64,000 bases of DNA from assembly GCA_965116925.1 (NCBI GenBank), contig OZ220744.1, positions 2,272,001 to 2,336,000 on the forward strand, read 5' to 3'. A model generated the notes under the pieces. That model was not told where the DNA came from. It saw only the letters and a program-made list of their open reading frames with translations, and made no database searches. Below are positions 1 through 9,603 of the stretch, piece by piece. The DNA is from Candidatus Poribacteria bacterium. Its GTDB lineage: Bacteria > Poribacteria > WGA-4E > PCPOR2b. The translations under genes were made by a program, and so were the position numbers. Within the stretch, counting starts at the first letter, position 1, and the number at the start of each line of letters is the position of its first letter.

Positions 1-1280
1 GGCTCGTCCACAGTCTGACCAATCCGTCCGACGATGATGCCTCTCTTCAGGATTTCCGCGCAGATCGCTTTCGTCGTGGCGGTGTCTAGTTGTGTGCCCT
101 CGGCATCTTTAACTAGTTCGACACCAATCATCAGTCCCTTCCCTCTAACATCTCCGACAATTGGGAGACTTTCTAGCGTCTTCAGATTTTTGAGGAGGTA
201 GCCTCCGACACGCTCGGCGTTTTCTGCCAGTCGCTCCTCTGTGAGGATCTCCAAGTTTGCCAGACCTGCTGCACATGCAACGGGGTGTCCGCCATAGGTG
301 CAGACCTGTGCGAACTCTCGGCTTTCCTCCGGCTCACCGAGAAATTCTTCAAAGACGGCGTCGCTTGCCACACATGCCCCCAGCGGGATGTAGCCGCTTG
401 TCAACCCTTTGGCGAGGGTGATGATGTCTGGTTCGACATCCCAATGCTCGCAGCCGAACAGTCTTCCCGTTCTACCAAAGCCGGTGATTACTTCGTCGGC
501 AATCAGCAGGAGACCGTATTTATCGCAGATCTCTCTGACTCTTGGAAGATAGGTGTCCGGCGGCACAAGCACCCCGCCGCCACCGATGATAGGCTCGGCG
601 ATAACAGCGATTACTGTCTCTACCCCTTCCCACTGCACGACCTTCTCGATTTCGTTAGCGCAGGCGATACCGAAATCATCTTCGCTGCATCCTTGACCGT
701 AACGATAGGTGTAGGGCGGGTGGACATGGTGGAAGCCGGGGACAAGCGGTTCAAACGCTTTGCGACGACGGGTTTGGCCCGTTGCGGACATTGCCCCATA
801 AGTGAAGCCGTGATACCCGCGATAGCGGCTGATGATCTTGTAGCGATTGTCGCCGGGATACTTCTGCCGACCGTATTGCCTCGCCATTTTTATCGCGGTC
901 TCATTGGCTTCTGAGCCGCTGTTGCAGAAGTAGACGTGATTCAGATTACCGGGCAGAAGGCTCGTTAGTTTTTCAGCGAGGAGGGTGGCGGGAATGTTAA
1001 TCTGTGCGTGTGGGTAGTATGGTAATTTCTGAATCTGTTCATAGACGGCATCGGCGATCTCCTGCCGTCCATAGCCAACGTTGACATTCCAGAGTGCTGA
1101 GTAGGCGTCTAGGTATTCGTTTCCGTCTGCGTCGATGATTGTTGTTCCGTTGGCACTTTCAAAGACGAGGAGATCCGACTGATCCAGAAGTTGATGTTGG
1201 AAGAGCGGATGCCAAGCGTGTGCCTGATCGATTTTGCGGTAATCTTGTGTCGATAAGTCTTTTGGGGCATTTGCCATCAT
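1..1280 (-). CDS. Class III PLP-dependent aminotransferase (omega-amino acid/BioA-like); 3' end runs off the window
   Basis: Not in the ORF track because it has no stop in the window. Manual translation from ATG 1280: MMANAPKD...AWHPLFQH...YLDAYSALWNVNVGYGR...FCNSGSEANETAIK...LLIADEVITGFGRTG...AKGLTSGYIPLG...TYGGHPVACAA. Confidence 0.9.
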   Translation of the reverse strand, partial: MMANAPKDLSTQDYRKIDQAHAWHPLFQHQLLDQSDLLVFESANGTTIIDADGNEYLDAYSALWNVNVGYGRQEIADAVYEQIQKLPYYPHAQINIPATLLAEKLTSLLPGNLNHVYFCNSGSEANETAIKMARQYGRQKYPGDNRYKIISRYRGYHGFTYGAMSATGQTRRRKAFEPLVPGFHHVHPPYTYRYGQGCSEDDFGIACANEIEKVVQWEGVETVIAVIAEPIIGGGGVLVPPDTYLPRVREICDKYGLLLIADEVITGFGRTGRLFGCEHWDVEPDIITLAKGLTSGYIPLGACVASDAVFEEFLGEPEESREFAQVCTYGGHPVACAAGLANLEILTEERLAENAERVGGYLLKNLKTLESLPIVGDVRGKGLMIGVELVKDAEGTQLDTATTKAICAEILKRGIIVGRIGQTVDE

Positions 1281-1301
1281 TGTTTGATATTCTCCAGATA
1301 T

Positions 1302-1403
1302 TATGGTTACGGCACACGGAGTGTGCCTACTACTTTATGGGGTTACGGCATACGGAGTATGCCTACTACTATGGGGTTACGGCACACGGAGTGTGCCTAC
1401 TAC
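1302..1403. repeat. Three tandem ~33-bp hairpin (REP-like) units
   Basis: Unit TATGG(GG)TTACGGCAYACGGAGTRTGCCTACTAC with stem GGCAYAC-GGA-GTRTGCC; a fourth copy lies at 26368-26399. Confidence 0.9.
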
Positions 1404-1404
1404 C

Positions 1405-2184
1405 TTAAATTAAGGCGAGGGCTTTTGTCATGCCTGCGGTCCAGCCGCCGTCTACGGTGTAAGCGGCTCCGGTGACGAACCGGGATGCATCACTGGCTAG
1501 GAACAGTGCTACCTCTGCTACATCGTCGGGTTGACCGATGCGTCCCATTGGAGCGATGGTGCCTGCGAACTCCCGACCTTCGGGGTTTTCCTCTAAAAAG
1601 GGTTGGGACATCGCCGTTTCGATCCAGCCGGGACAGATGCAGTTGACACGTATTCCTTCGGGACCGTGATCGATTGCCATAGCTCGCGTGAGCTGCAGGA
1701 CAGCGCCTTTGGTGGCGCAATAGCCTGCGATGTCGGACTCGGCATAGAAACTGTTTACCGATGCTGTGATGATAAACGAACCGCCGCCGCTTTGACGCAT
1801 GGCGGGGATACCGTATTTTCCACAGAGAAACGCTCCTTTAACGTTGGCGTCGAAGAGTGCGTCCCAGTCATCTTCGGGCAGATCTACTACTGAACCGTCC
1901 CGCATGATGGCGGCGTTACTGAAGATGATGTCGAGTTGACCAAAATGTGAGACTGTTTCCGAGACAAGTCGCTCTACTTGGTCGCCTTGACTGACATCAA
2001 CAGTATGTGCGATGACTGTGTCGGGATAATCCGCGCTTGCAATATGGGCTGTTTCCTCGGCACCTTCACCTTGAATGTCGGCAGCAACAACCTGCGCGCC
2101 TTCTTGAGCGTATCGAAGAACTGTGGCGCGACCGATGCCGCCTGCTGCTCCCGTAATAATCGCTGTTTTGCCTTTAAGTTGCAT
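1405..2184 (-). CDS. Short-chain dehydrogenase/reductase (SDR)
   Basis: TGAAGGIG Rossmann motif, YCATK catalytic motif, NCICPGWIET, VDGG. Confidence 0.93.
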   Translation of the reverse strand: MQLKGKTAIITGAAGGIGRATVLRYAQEGAQVVAADIQGEGAEETAHIASADYPDTVIAHTVDVSQGDQVERLVSETVSHFGQLDIIFSNAAIMRDGSVVDLPEDDWDALFDANVKGAFLCGKYGIPAMRQSGGGSFIITASVNSFYAESDIAGYCATKGAVLQLTRAMAIDHGPEGIRVNCICPGWIETAMSQPFLEENPEGREFAGTIAPMGRIGQPDDVAEVALFLASDASRFVTGAAYTVDGGWTAGMTKALALI

Positions 2185-2185
2185 C

Positions 2186-2370
2186 TCTTAACCTTTGGTG
2201 CTAGTTTAGTGAGAAAGTTTTTTCCGCATTGTTCAAGAGTTCATTGGTTCATTAGTCGGTTGGTTGATTCATGCTTCTTACGTTCCCCCTTCGGATACAC
2301 ATGTCGCCCCGCTGGGGCTAAATGACCTGCTAAACCCATGATTTTCACGTTTCACGCATCACGTTTCACG
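2186..2370. repeat. Composite intergenic repeat; second copy at ~18825-19092
   Basis: TCTTAACCTTTGGTGCTAGTTTAG...GAGTTCATTGGTTCATTAGTCGGTTGGTTGATTCAT...CATGTCGCCCC.CTGGGGCT...TTTCACG is shared by both loci. Confidence 0.85.
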
Positions 2371-2380
2371 TTATCTAGCC

Positions 2381-3412
2381 TTATACCGAGTAGGTTTGCC
2401 ATGTGCCCAGACAACCGTGTCCTCGACGGACATGCAACACCTGCTTTGCTGGTTCGGCGATGTAGCCGGAGATTGAGTGCATATTCTTTTCCCCGTGCCG
2501 ACAGATACCGCCCGGATCGCCATCGTGGTCTGCAAGGATACGCTTGAGGGTTTCGACGGTAATCTTCCCCCAATTTTCCTTAATTAGCAGGCGGATGCGA
2601 TCAAGTCGGGGGCAAGAATCGGGCAGGGAGTGAGTTTCGTAATTTCCAAACGGAGCAGTCAGGTAGTGGTTAGTATGCAGGCGGCAGTCTGAATGCTCAT
2701 CATCGAAGGGGGCAATCCCTTCGGGGCGGATCTCCACATCACCGATTCTGCCTTCGCCATCGCAGATGACCGCATTTGCCGCTGAGCAGGTGCGGTGCTT
2801 CTTCAAGAGTTTAAGGCAGCCTTCAAGGTTTGGCTGTTCTAGCATGACGCGCTTGAGGGGGTAGTGGGGAAGCCCCAAACTCCACTGGAAATCGTAGAGT
2901 GCGTTGGCGAAGTGGGCTAGACCGTACTGATTCATTCCCGAATAGCCGAGCTGTCCGGCAAAGGTAAATATCAAGGCTCTGGGACGGCCGTCGGTCGGTT
3001 TGACGTGGAGCAGGATTGCCACATCTGCGTATTCCGTCTCAAGATCTTGGTTTTGGCCTGCCAAGGGTAGACCGTCGGCGGTGGCGGAACCGGTGAGCGC
3101 GAATGCTGTACATCCCCCTTCGTATACACGGGCGGCTTCGGCGCGTGCCTGACACAGCACTGCCTCTTCAAAACTGACCCCCGCGCCGTCGGTGAGTCCT
3201 CGAACCTCCTCCACGAAGGCGGGACTGAGTTTCTCCATCATGGGCAGGAACGCCATCGCGTTCTGACACAAGACCCCCCTCGGTTTACCTGTCAATCTCT
3301 CGATCCATAACAGGTATTTTTGGACGAGCTCGGCGGCTTGGGCACCGTGCTGATAGCCCATCTGATAGGCATCGCCGGATACTTCGATTAAGGGGAATGT
3401 ATGTTCCGTCAT
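2381..3412 (-). CDS. Peptidase C45 family Ntn-hydrolase (acyl-CoA:6-APA acyltransferase-like)
   Basis: G-CTAF autoprocessing site, GQNQD, GMNQYGL, HTNHY motifs. Confidence 0.88.
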   Translation of the reverse strand: MTEHTFPLIEVSGDAYQMGYQHGAQAAELVQKYLLWIERLTGKPRGVLCQNAMAFLPMMEKLSPAFVEEVRGLTDGAGVSFEEAVLCQARAEAARVYEGGCTAFALTGSATADGLPLAGQNQDLETEYADVAILLHVKPTDGRPRALIFTFAGQLGYSGMNQYGLAHFANALYDFQWSLGLPHYPLKRVMLEQPNLEGCLKLLKKHRTCSAANAVICDGEGRIGDVEIRPEGIAPFDDEHSDCRLHTNHYLTAPFGNYETHSLPDSCPRLDRIRLLIKENWGKITVETLKRILADHDGDPGGICRHGEKNMHSISGYIAEPAKQVLHVRRGHGCLGTWQTYSV

Positions 3413-3643
3413 ATCCTCTCCTTTGAAAATGGGCGGATTGGCGAATGGTGGAATCTGTCAAAAGGATAACCGATTTTGGGGTTGAGGGCAAGGAATTTTC
3501 TATCGACTCAGTATATTGACGCAAGGTTTTTGGATGTTCGGGTCAGCTGTGTATACACATTGCGCTCCTCTGGAGCGCGAGTCCTGAACAAATCAGCGTT
3601 CTATAGACATATCGCTCCTCTGGAGCTAAAGACTTAACCTATA

Positions 3644-3777
3644 GGCTCATATAAAAAGAAAGTGCAAAGCACGAAAATAAATTGTAGGGGCGGGGTCTCC
3701 CCGCCCTTATTTGCTAGTGCGGGTCGGGAGACCCGACCCCTACGAAGCTTTTGTTGCAGACTTTCTTAACATGAGCC
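3644..3777. mobile_element. MITE with GGCTCAT terminal inverted repeats and an 8-bp target duplication (IS1595-like ends), carrying two GTAG-REP hairpins
   Basis: AACCTATA|GGCTCATAT...ACATGAGCC|AACCTATA; internal GTAGGGGCGGGGTCTCCCCGCCC and GGGTCGGGAGACCCGACCCCTAC. Confidence 0.8.
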
Positions 3778-3836
3778 AACCTATAAACCTGATAGCAGCA
3801 AACCGACACATTTTGGACAACCAGCAACTTGGGTTA

Positions 3837-4634
3837 TTAGTACGGCAGCATACCGCCAGACACATTGAGGGCTTGTGCGGTGATGTAGTTTGAGTCCTCT
3901 GAAGCTAGGAAAGCGATTAGGTTGGCGACATCTTCCGGTTGCTGGATCCGTCCAACGGGGATGCGGGCTGCGGCTCGCGCTTTCACCGAACCGACCGGCG
4001 CACCTTCCAATTGCGCGACTTCACGATCAATGAGCTCCCACATCGATGTGTCTACAATACCGGGGCACACACAGTTGACCAGAATCCCGTGCTCTGATAA
4101 CTCCAAGCCGAACTGTTTGGTGAGTGCAACAACGGCGTGCTTGCTCGCGGCATAGACACCGAGCGGTGTGCCTTTGCCGGGTGCGACTTTGCCTGCGCCG
4201 GAGGCGTTGTTGATAATACGACCTCCGTTACCTTGAGCGATCATTTGCGCTGCAGCTGCTTGCGAACAGAGTAACACCCCTTTTGCGTTTACGTTCATCA
4301 GCGCGTCCCACGCAGCCTCGTCGGTGTCCATCAGCGATGCGATAATTGCGATACCCGCGTTGTTGACCAGAATATCTAACCTGCCAAATCGTTCAACGGT
4401 TTCGGACACCATCCGTTCGGTATCGGTTTTGTTTGTCACGTCTACTGTGAAGGGATGGGCGGTTCCGGCGACTGACTCAATTTCTTGGGCAACCGCTTTC
4501 GCGTTTGCTTCGTTGATGTCCGCAACGGTGACACTCGCACCTTCGCGAACCAACCGTAGGGCGGTCGCTCTGCCGATGCCGCGTCCGGCACCCGTTACGA
4601 TTGCGACCTGTCCATCGAGTTCGTACCTTGGCAC
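3837..4634 (-). CDS. Short-chain dehydrogenase/reductase (SDR)
   Basis: TGAGRGIG, NNAG, YAASK, NCVCPG motifs; RBS AGGAG upstream of GTG. Confidence 0.93.
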   Translation of the reverse strand: MPRYELDGQVAIVTGAGRGIGRATALRLVREGASVTVADINEANAKAVAQEIESVAGTAHPFTVDVTNKTDTERMVSETVERFGRLDILVNNAGIAIIASLMDTDEAAWDALMNVNAKGVLLCSQAAAAQMIAQGNGGRIINNASGAGKVAPGKGTPLGVYAASKHAVVALTKQFGLELSEHGILVNCVCPGIVDTSMWELIDREVAQLEGAPVGSVKARAAARIPVGRIQQPEDVANLIAFLASEDSNYITAQALNVSGGMLPY

Positions 4635-4737
4635 GGTTTTCCTCCTTGTTGGGTGGTTGATTTTGTCGTGTCTGACTTAGATGTAGTGCAAGTTGCTAGT
4701 TGTGATCGCTCTGCCTGTTTGAATCAGCATTCTCTAT

Positions 4738-5181
4738 TAGGACTTACGCACTTCAGTTCTAAGAGCAGATAGGGACGCAGATTTCGCTGATTCTCGCTGA
4801 TAAAAACAAAAAAGGTAGGACTTACGCAGTTGAACGGTAAAATCCAACCCCTTCCGCTACGTGGAACCTACACCTCCGTTTCAATGATTCACCGGCACGA
4901 TTCGGCAATTTGGCAGGGCACTGGCAGGTCCAAAAAAAAATTCAACCTCACATCGGGGGTTCATCATTGGTGCGTGCCTCTCTGAACCCTTATGGGGCCT
5001 AGCTTCAGAGCGTTTGCCAATTTTTACCACGTAAGAGGAGAGGCACCCAAACGGCTTTTTGACCTGCCAAATACGCACTGTTTATGAACCGTTTTTCGCT
5101 GAAATGACACCATAACCAAGCCAAATGTCAGGAATTTGGCAGGTCCCTGACAGGTCAAAACTCTGAAGTGCGTAAATCCTA
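4738..5181. mobile_element. AGGACTTACGCA-ended MITE-like region (ends at 4738, 4816 and 5163-5181)
   Basis: TAGGACTTACGCACTTCAG at 4738, TAGGACTTACGCAGTTGAACG at 4816, and inverted CTGAAGTGCGTAAATCCTA ending at 5181; no clear target duplication. Confidence 0.6.
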
Positions 5182-5488
5182 ATAGTTATATTCGGTGTAT
5201 TTGAATAGGTTCATCACCCTTATTATAACTTATTTTTCCACCATAACGTAAGCTATCATAGATTTTTTTTAGAGGTTGTGTGAAAAATGATCCGTTGCTA
5301 CTGGATTTGTGCCAACTATAGAAGGGACGGTCATGTAACAGGGATGGAGGTTGGCTTGACGATGTTTTTTGTGTGCGAATATTTTCTACACAACGAAACA
5401 ATTGTGTGGTAAAATCTATAGCGATCCTGATTTTGGATTTCCTCCGATGAATCGGAAACTATCGAGCATTGAGACTAACGGTAGAATT

Positions 5489-5701
5489 TGTGCTATTTGT
5501 CTGAATCGCGGATTAAAACGGATTTAACAGATTATGCGGATTATTGTCTGAATCAGGATTCGCAGGATTTAAGGATTTTCAGGATAGCGTGCCTGATACG
5601 TGCAAATGGGAAAAGATTTGTTGGTTCATTTAGCCCTAGCGGGGCGACATGTGCTATTTGTCTGAATCGCGGATTAAAACGGATTTAGCGGATTACGCGG
5701 A
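5489..5701. repeat. Direct repeat pair bracketing short tandem repeats and a REP hairpin
   Basis: TGTGCTATTTGTCTGAATCGCGGATTAAAACGGATTTA occurs at ~5489 and ~5650. Confidence 0.8.
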
Positions 5702-5783
5702 TAAATGTAGGTTAGGTTGAGCAGTTAAGGACGTATTGAAAGTTATTTATGAGCACCCCTCAATTAGTCGAAAGGTGGTACTC

Positions 5784-6260
5784 ATGAGACTCTTAGATAT
5801 CCTTGAAAAATCGGGGATGACGAGCCTGAAGATTCCGCCCTCTTTTCTGCAAATGGAGTGGAATCCAAAAACAGCCGATAAAGATGCCGCTTGGGCACTG
5901 TATATCGAGTTGCTTACAAGAATCACCACACAGCCATTGCCTACCGAGCACGGCGATGAGAAAACAGCATTGGACAGTGTCTATTCGCTTTTTGCGGTTA
6001 CGCGGGAAGTCATCAAAGAACAAGGACCGGATTGCATCAACTTCACAAGAATTGCAATTGTTGTTCTTAACCAAGTGATTCGTCCGTTTACTGCAAAGTG
6101 GCATCGAAAGAGCTTGGCAGGTGATTTTGAACAGGAATCGGAATGTGCCGCTTTCCGCGAAGAACTTGCTGCTCTCCAAGTGGAATTACGCAAATATTCT
6201 CGAATGCTAGCAGATATCGCCGAAGTCGAAGATTTAACTGACTTAGAGGCGACAGAGTAG
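5784..6260 (+). CDS. Conserved hypothetical helical protein
   Basis: ORF 5736..6260, likely ATG 5784 after AAAGGTGG; conserved-looking AAWALYIELLTRITTQPL and LNQVIRPFTAKWH segments. Confidence 0.7.
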   Translation: MRLLDILEKSGMTSLKIPPSFLQMEWNPKTADKDAAWALYIELLTRITTQPLPTEHGDEKTALDSVYSLFAVTREVIKEQGPDCINFTRIAIVVLNQVIRPFTAKWHRKSLAGDFEQESECAAFREELAALQVELRKYSRMLADIAEVEDLTDLEATE

Positions 6261-6280
6261 TGGGCACAAAGTATGCAGTA

Positions 6281-6419
6281 CAGGACTTATGCAAATTTAG
6301 CACACGAAGGGTAGATTTTTGGATTCTTAACCCCCTAAATCCCCTAACCCCCTAAATCCCCCTTGTCAGGGGGACTTGGGAAAATCAGGGGGACTTATGA
6401 ACGCGCTGCGTAAGTCCTA
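6281..6419. mobile_element. AGGACTTACGCA-ended MITE with a 5-bp target duplication
   Basis: CAGTA|CAGGACTTATGCA...TGCGTAAGTCCTA|CAGTA; internal CCCCCTAAATCCCCCTTGTCAGGGGGACTT hairpins. Confidence 0.8.
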
Positions 6420-6483
6420 CAGTAACGGTTTGCTGTGACAACAACAGGGAAACACATCTTACAAAAGAAAATAGGGGGATACC

Positions 6484-7302
6484 GTGGGACAAAAAATGCG
6501 CCATATCCTCGGGCTTTCCGGTGGCAAAGATAGTTCAGCACTCGCTATTTACATGCGGGACAAGGTGCCGGAGATGGAATACGCTTTCTGCGATACGGGA
6601 AAGGAGTTGCCGGAGACGTATGAATTTCTCGATCGGTTGGAAGCCTTTTTGGGGAAAAAAATTAATCGGTTAAACGCCGAACGGGAATTTGACCACTGGC
6701 TTTCGGTTTTCGGTGGATTGCTGCCATCATCGCAAGTGCGCTGGTGTACACGGCTGCTGAAAATCAAACCTTTTGAGGAGTTTGTCGGTGAGGATAAGGC
6801 TTACAACTACATCGCCATCCGCGCTGATGAGGATCGCGTTGGCTATAAGCCCCTGAAGAATGTTGACGCACGAAATATCGAACCCAAGTATCCGTTCAAA
6901 GAGGACGGCATCACCGAAAGGGATGTCTACCGAATTTTGGAGGAGAGTGGTCTCGGCTTACCGGAGTATTACCAGTGGCGAACGCGCTCCGGGTGCTACT
7001 TCTGTTTCTACCAGCGCAAAGCGGAGTGGATTGGGTTGAAGAAGAACCATCCCGACCTCTTTGAACTCGCGAAGGATTACGAGAAAATCAATAAAGATAC
7101 AGGCGAGCGGTATACTTGGAGTCAAAGCGAAAGTTTAGAGGAACTTTCCGACCCTGAACGGGTGAAACAGATTGAGGAAAATTATGCGAAGGCGATGGCA
7201 CGGGAAAAGGACGCCCAACCGAATCGTCCGTTGCTTGAAATTTTCGGCGATGTTCTTGATGATGAGGACGATGAGGAGCCGTGTTTGATTTGTAGTGCGT
7301 AG
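6484..7302 (+). CDS. PAPS reductase-family protein, SspD-like (DNA phosphorothioation type)
   Basis: PP-loop LSGGKDS, CDTG, RWCT, RSGCYFCFYQ, acidic C-terminal CxxC tail (EEPCLIC); lies with a large ATPase and a DUF4007-like remnant. Confidence 0.82.
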   Translation: MGQKMRHILGLSGGKDSSALAIYMRDKVPEMEYAFCDTGKELPETYEFLDRLEAFLGKKINRLNAEREFDHWLSVFGGLLPSSQVRWCTRLLKIKPFEEFVGEDKAYNYIAIRADEDRVGYKPLKNVDARNIEPKYPFKEDGITERDVYRILEESGLGLPEYYQWRTRSGCYFCFYQRKAEWIGLKKNHPDLFELAKDYEKINKDTGERYTWSQSESLEELSDPERVKQIEENYAKAMAREKDAQPNRPLLEIFGDVLDDEDDEEPCLICSA

Positions 7303-7339
7303 CTTGCTGCACATTCTCGCAAACAGCAAAAAGTGAACA

Positions 7340-8254
7340 ATGAAAAGAAAAAAAATTATCAAGAGATTTCAAAAGATAAGGCAATCGACACGAGCAAATA
7401 CAAGAGCACCTCATAAACCCTTGCTGCTTTTGTATGCAATTGGTAGATTGCTAAAAGATAAAGATCATCTCTTTTCATACTCCGAGATAGACAAGCATCT
7501 TGGAAAATTACTGGAGGAGTTTGGTCCTAGCCAAACTAAATCTAGAACACATTATCCATTTTGGAGGTTGAAAAATGACAAGATTTGGGAGATACCCGAT
7601 CCCAATAAAAAATATGTCAGGCGAACCTCCAAGAAAGATCCTTTTAAAAGCGATCTCTGTAAATACAACATTACTGGAGGTTTTCCCAAAGCTATTGCCA
7701 ATCAATTTCTGGATGATTCTAAACTTGTATCTGAAATAATTCAGATTCTACTATACAATAATTTTCCTTATTCGATTCACGAAGACATTCTACAGGCTGT
7801 TGAAATTGAGTCACCACTCCAAATTTATCAGTGGCAAATCCCAGACTCCAAACAGCGAAAGCGAGATTCCAAATTCAGAGAAAATATTCTGAAAATTTAC
7901 GAATTCAAATGTGCTGTATGCGGTTTTGACGCGAAATTAGATGCCAAACCTATTGCGCTAGAAGCTGCCCATATCAAATGGCATATGCATGATGGTCCCG
8001 ATGTAGTAGACAATGGATTGGCTCTATGCTCACTACATCATAAGCTGTTTGACCGTGGGGCGTTTACACTGTCTACGAAACGAGAAGTCTTTATATCAAA
8101 GGAGGTGCTTGGGACCATGGGCTTTGAGGAATGGCTTATCAAATTTCACCTTAAACAAATCAACCTCCCTGAGATGATATGCGATTATCCTGCACAAGAG
8201 TATATTGACTGGCACGCTAGAGTGATATTTAGAGGTAATTACAGTAATAGCTAG
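7340..8254 (+). CDS. SBD-HNH phosphorothioate-dependent restriction endonuclease (ScoMcrA/SprMcrA-like), copy 1
   Basis: Sulfur-binding-domain motifs RAPHKPLLLL and YPFWRL; HNH domain CAVCG...LEAAHIKW...NGLALCSLHHKLFDRG. Confidence 0.85.
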   Translation: MKRKKIIKRFQKIRQSTRANTRAPHKPLLLLYAIGRLLKDKDHLFSYSEIDKHLGKLLEEFGPSQTKSRTHYPFWRLKNDKIWEIPDPNKKYVRRTSKKDPFKSDLCKYNITGGFPKAIANQFLDDSKLVSEIIQILLYNNFPYSIHEDILQAVEIESPLQIYQWQIPDSKQRKRDSKFRENILKIYEFKCAVCGFDAKLDAKPIALEAAHIKWHMHDGPDVVDNGLALCSLHHKLFDRGAFTLSTKREVFISKEVLGTMGFEEWLIKFHLKQINLPEMICDYPAQEYIDWHARVIFRGNYSNS

Positions 8255-8570
8255 CGCGGGTTGGATAGCTCTTGAAAATATCTCAGAACCCAACGTAGCA
8301 TTAACGTTTAGAGAATATACCCTTTTTCAGCAAATTAAGACAATGTAAAACGGGTGAGAAGTATCTTCTTTGCATGTTGATAGGGTTTTTAACTGAGTGA
8401 CTCTCAAGAAACTCAGAAAGAATTATTGTGGAATTATTAAGGACATTCGGCTACGAATTCGTAAAGAGAGCAAGGAAACTCAACCGGATCGTTCGTTAAT
8501 CGACATTTTCGCCAATATCCTTGATCATAAGAACGATGAGGAAGCGTGTCTGGTTTGTGGTGGTGTATAG
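8255..8570 (+). pseudogene. Decayed duplicate of the 3' end of the PAPS-reductase gene
   Basis: 8472-8570 reads KETQPDRSLIDIFANILDHKNDEEACLVCGGV* versus KDAQPNRPLLEIFGDVLDDEDDEEPCLICSA* in the intact gene; weaker upstream echoes (AGWIALE vs AEWIGLK; KTGEKY vs DTGERY). Confidence 0.8.
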
Positions 8571-8607
8571 CCTATTGCAAATTCTTCCAAATAACAAAGC
8601 GTGAAAA

Positions 8608-9516
8608 ATGGACAGAGAAGCAATTATTCAGAAATTTGAAACCTTGAATCTATGGCAAAGGGCAGGGGAAAGAGCACCGCACAAACCCTTGCTGGTTCTG
8701 TATGCAATTAGAAGATTGATACGAGATGGAGTTCGCCTCATTCTGTACTCCGAAATAGATGAGAATCTTGGAAAATTACTGAAGGAGTTTGGGCCTAGAC
8801 GATCAAAATATGGAACCCAGTATCCATTTTGGAGGTTGCGAAATGATAGTGTTTGGGAGGTAACTGATGCTCACAAAATTGTCCCAAACTCCAGTGGAGA
8901 CGCCCGAAAGAGGGATCTCCTTGGTTACAATGTTGCTGGTGGTTTCCACCAAGTCATTGCCAAGCAATTTCAGAATGATTCGAGACTAGCGTCTGAAATA
9001 ATTCAGAACCTGCTAGACGCTCATTTTTCATATTCGATTCATGAAGACATTTTACGGGCTGTTGAAATTGATTCACCTCTCCAGATTGCTAAACCTCAAA
9101 GACAAGACTCCAAACGGCGACAGCGAAACCCCAACTTCCGACCAAAGATTCTGAGAGCCTACGAATATAAATGTGCCGTCTGCGGTTTTGATGCAAAATT
9201 AGGAACCTCTCCCGTTGCGTTAGAAGCCGCCCATATCAAGTGGCATACGCATCGTGGTCCCGATGTAGTAGTCAATGGGTTGGCTCTCTGTTCGCTACAC
9301 CATAAGCTATTTGATCGTGGAGCGTTTACACTATCCAAGGAACGGGAAATCGTAGTATCAGGTGATGTACACGGGTCAGTGGGTTTTGAGGAATGGCTTA
9401 TGAAATTTCACGGTCAGCAGATTAACCTTCCTCAAAGGGAAGGTGACTATCCGGCGGTAAAGTTCATTAGATGGCACATTAAAGCGGTATTTAAGGGAAA
9501 TTACCGTGAATTGTAA
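8608..9516 (+). CDS. SBD-HNH phosphorothioate-dependent restriction endonuclease, copy 2 (paralog)
   Basis: RAPHKPLLVL, YPFWRL, CAVCG, LEAAHIKW, NGLALCSLHHKLFDRG; colinear with copy 1. Confidence 0.87.
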   Translation: MDREAIIQKFETLNLWQRAGERAPHKPLLVLYAIRRLIRDGVRLILYSEIDENLGKLLKEFGPRRSKYGTQYPFWRLRNDSVWEVTDAHKIVPNSSGDARKRDLLGYNVAGGFHQVIAKQFQNDSRLASEIIQNLLDAHFSYSIHEDILRAVEIDSPLQIAKPQRQDSKRRQRNPNFRPKILRAYEYKCAVCGFDAKLGTSPVALEAAHIKWHTHRGPDVVVNGLALCSLHHKLFDRGAFTLSKEREIVVSGDVHGSVGFEEWLMKFHGQQINLPQREGDYPAVKFIRWHIKAVFKGNYREL

Positions 9517-9603
9517 TCCGTTGATTCGGCTGCCCGGTTTAATTTAATTGACAGCTTACTGTTAAATGCGTTTACCCATTTATATGATTTTGGGAGTGAT
9601 GTT

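Noticed and set aside
285..914. 209-aa plus-strand ORF
   Set aside because: It is the antisense shadow of the class III aminotransferase.
1302..1403. Possible mini CRISPR array
   Set aside because: The units are directly tandem with no unique spacers and there are no cas genes; it fits a REP-like repeat.
5488..5688. Short ORFs sharing the peptide NGKRFVGSFSPSGATC (also 33547-33744)
   Set aside because: The shared peptide is a translation of a dispersed non-coding repeat, not a gene family.
6484..7302. Calling the PAPS reductase cysH (sulfate assimilation) or part of BREX type 4 or Dnd
   Set aside because: No cys genes, pglZ/brxL or dndBDE are nearby; the context fits the DUF4007/ATPase (Ssp-like) type.
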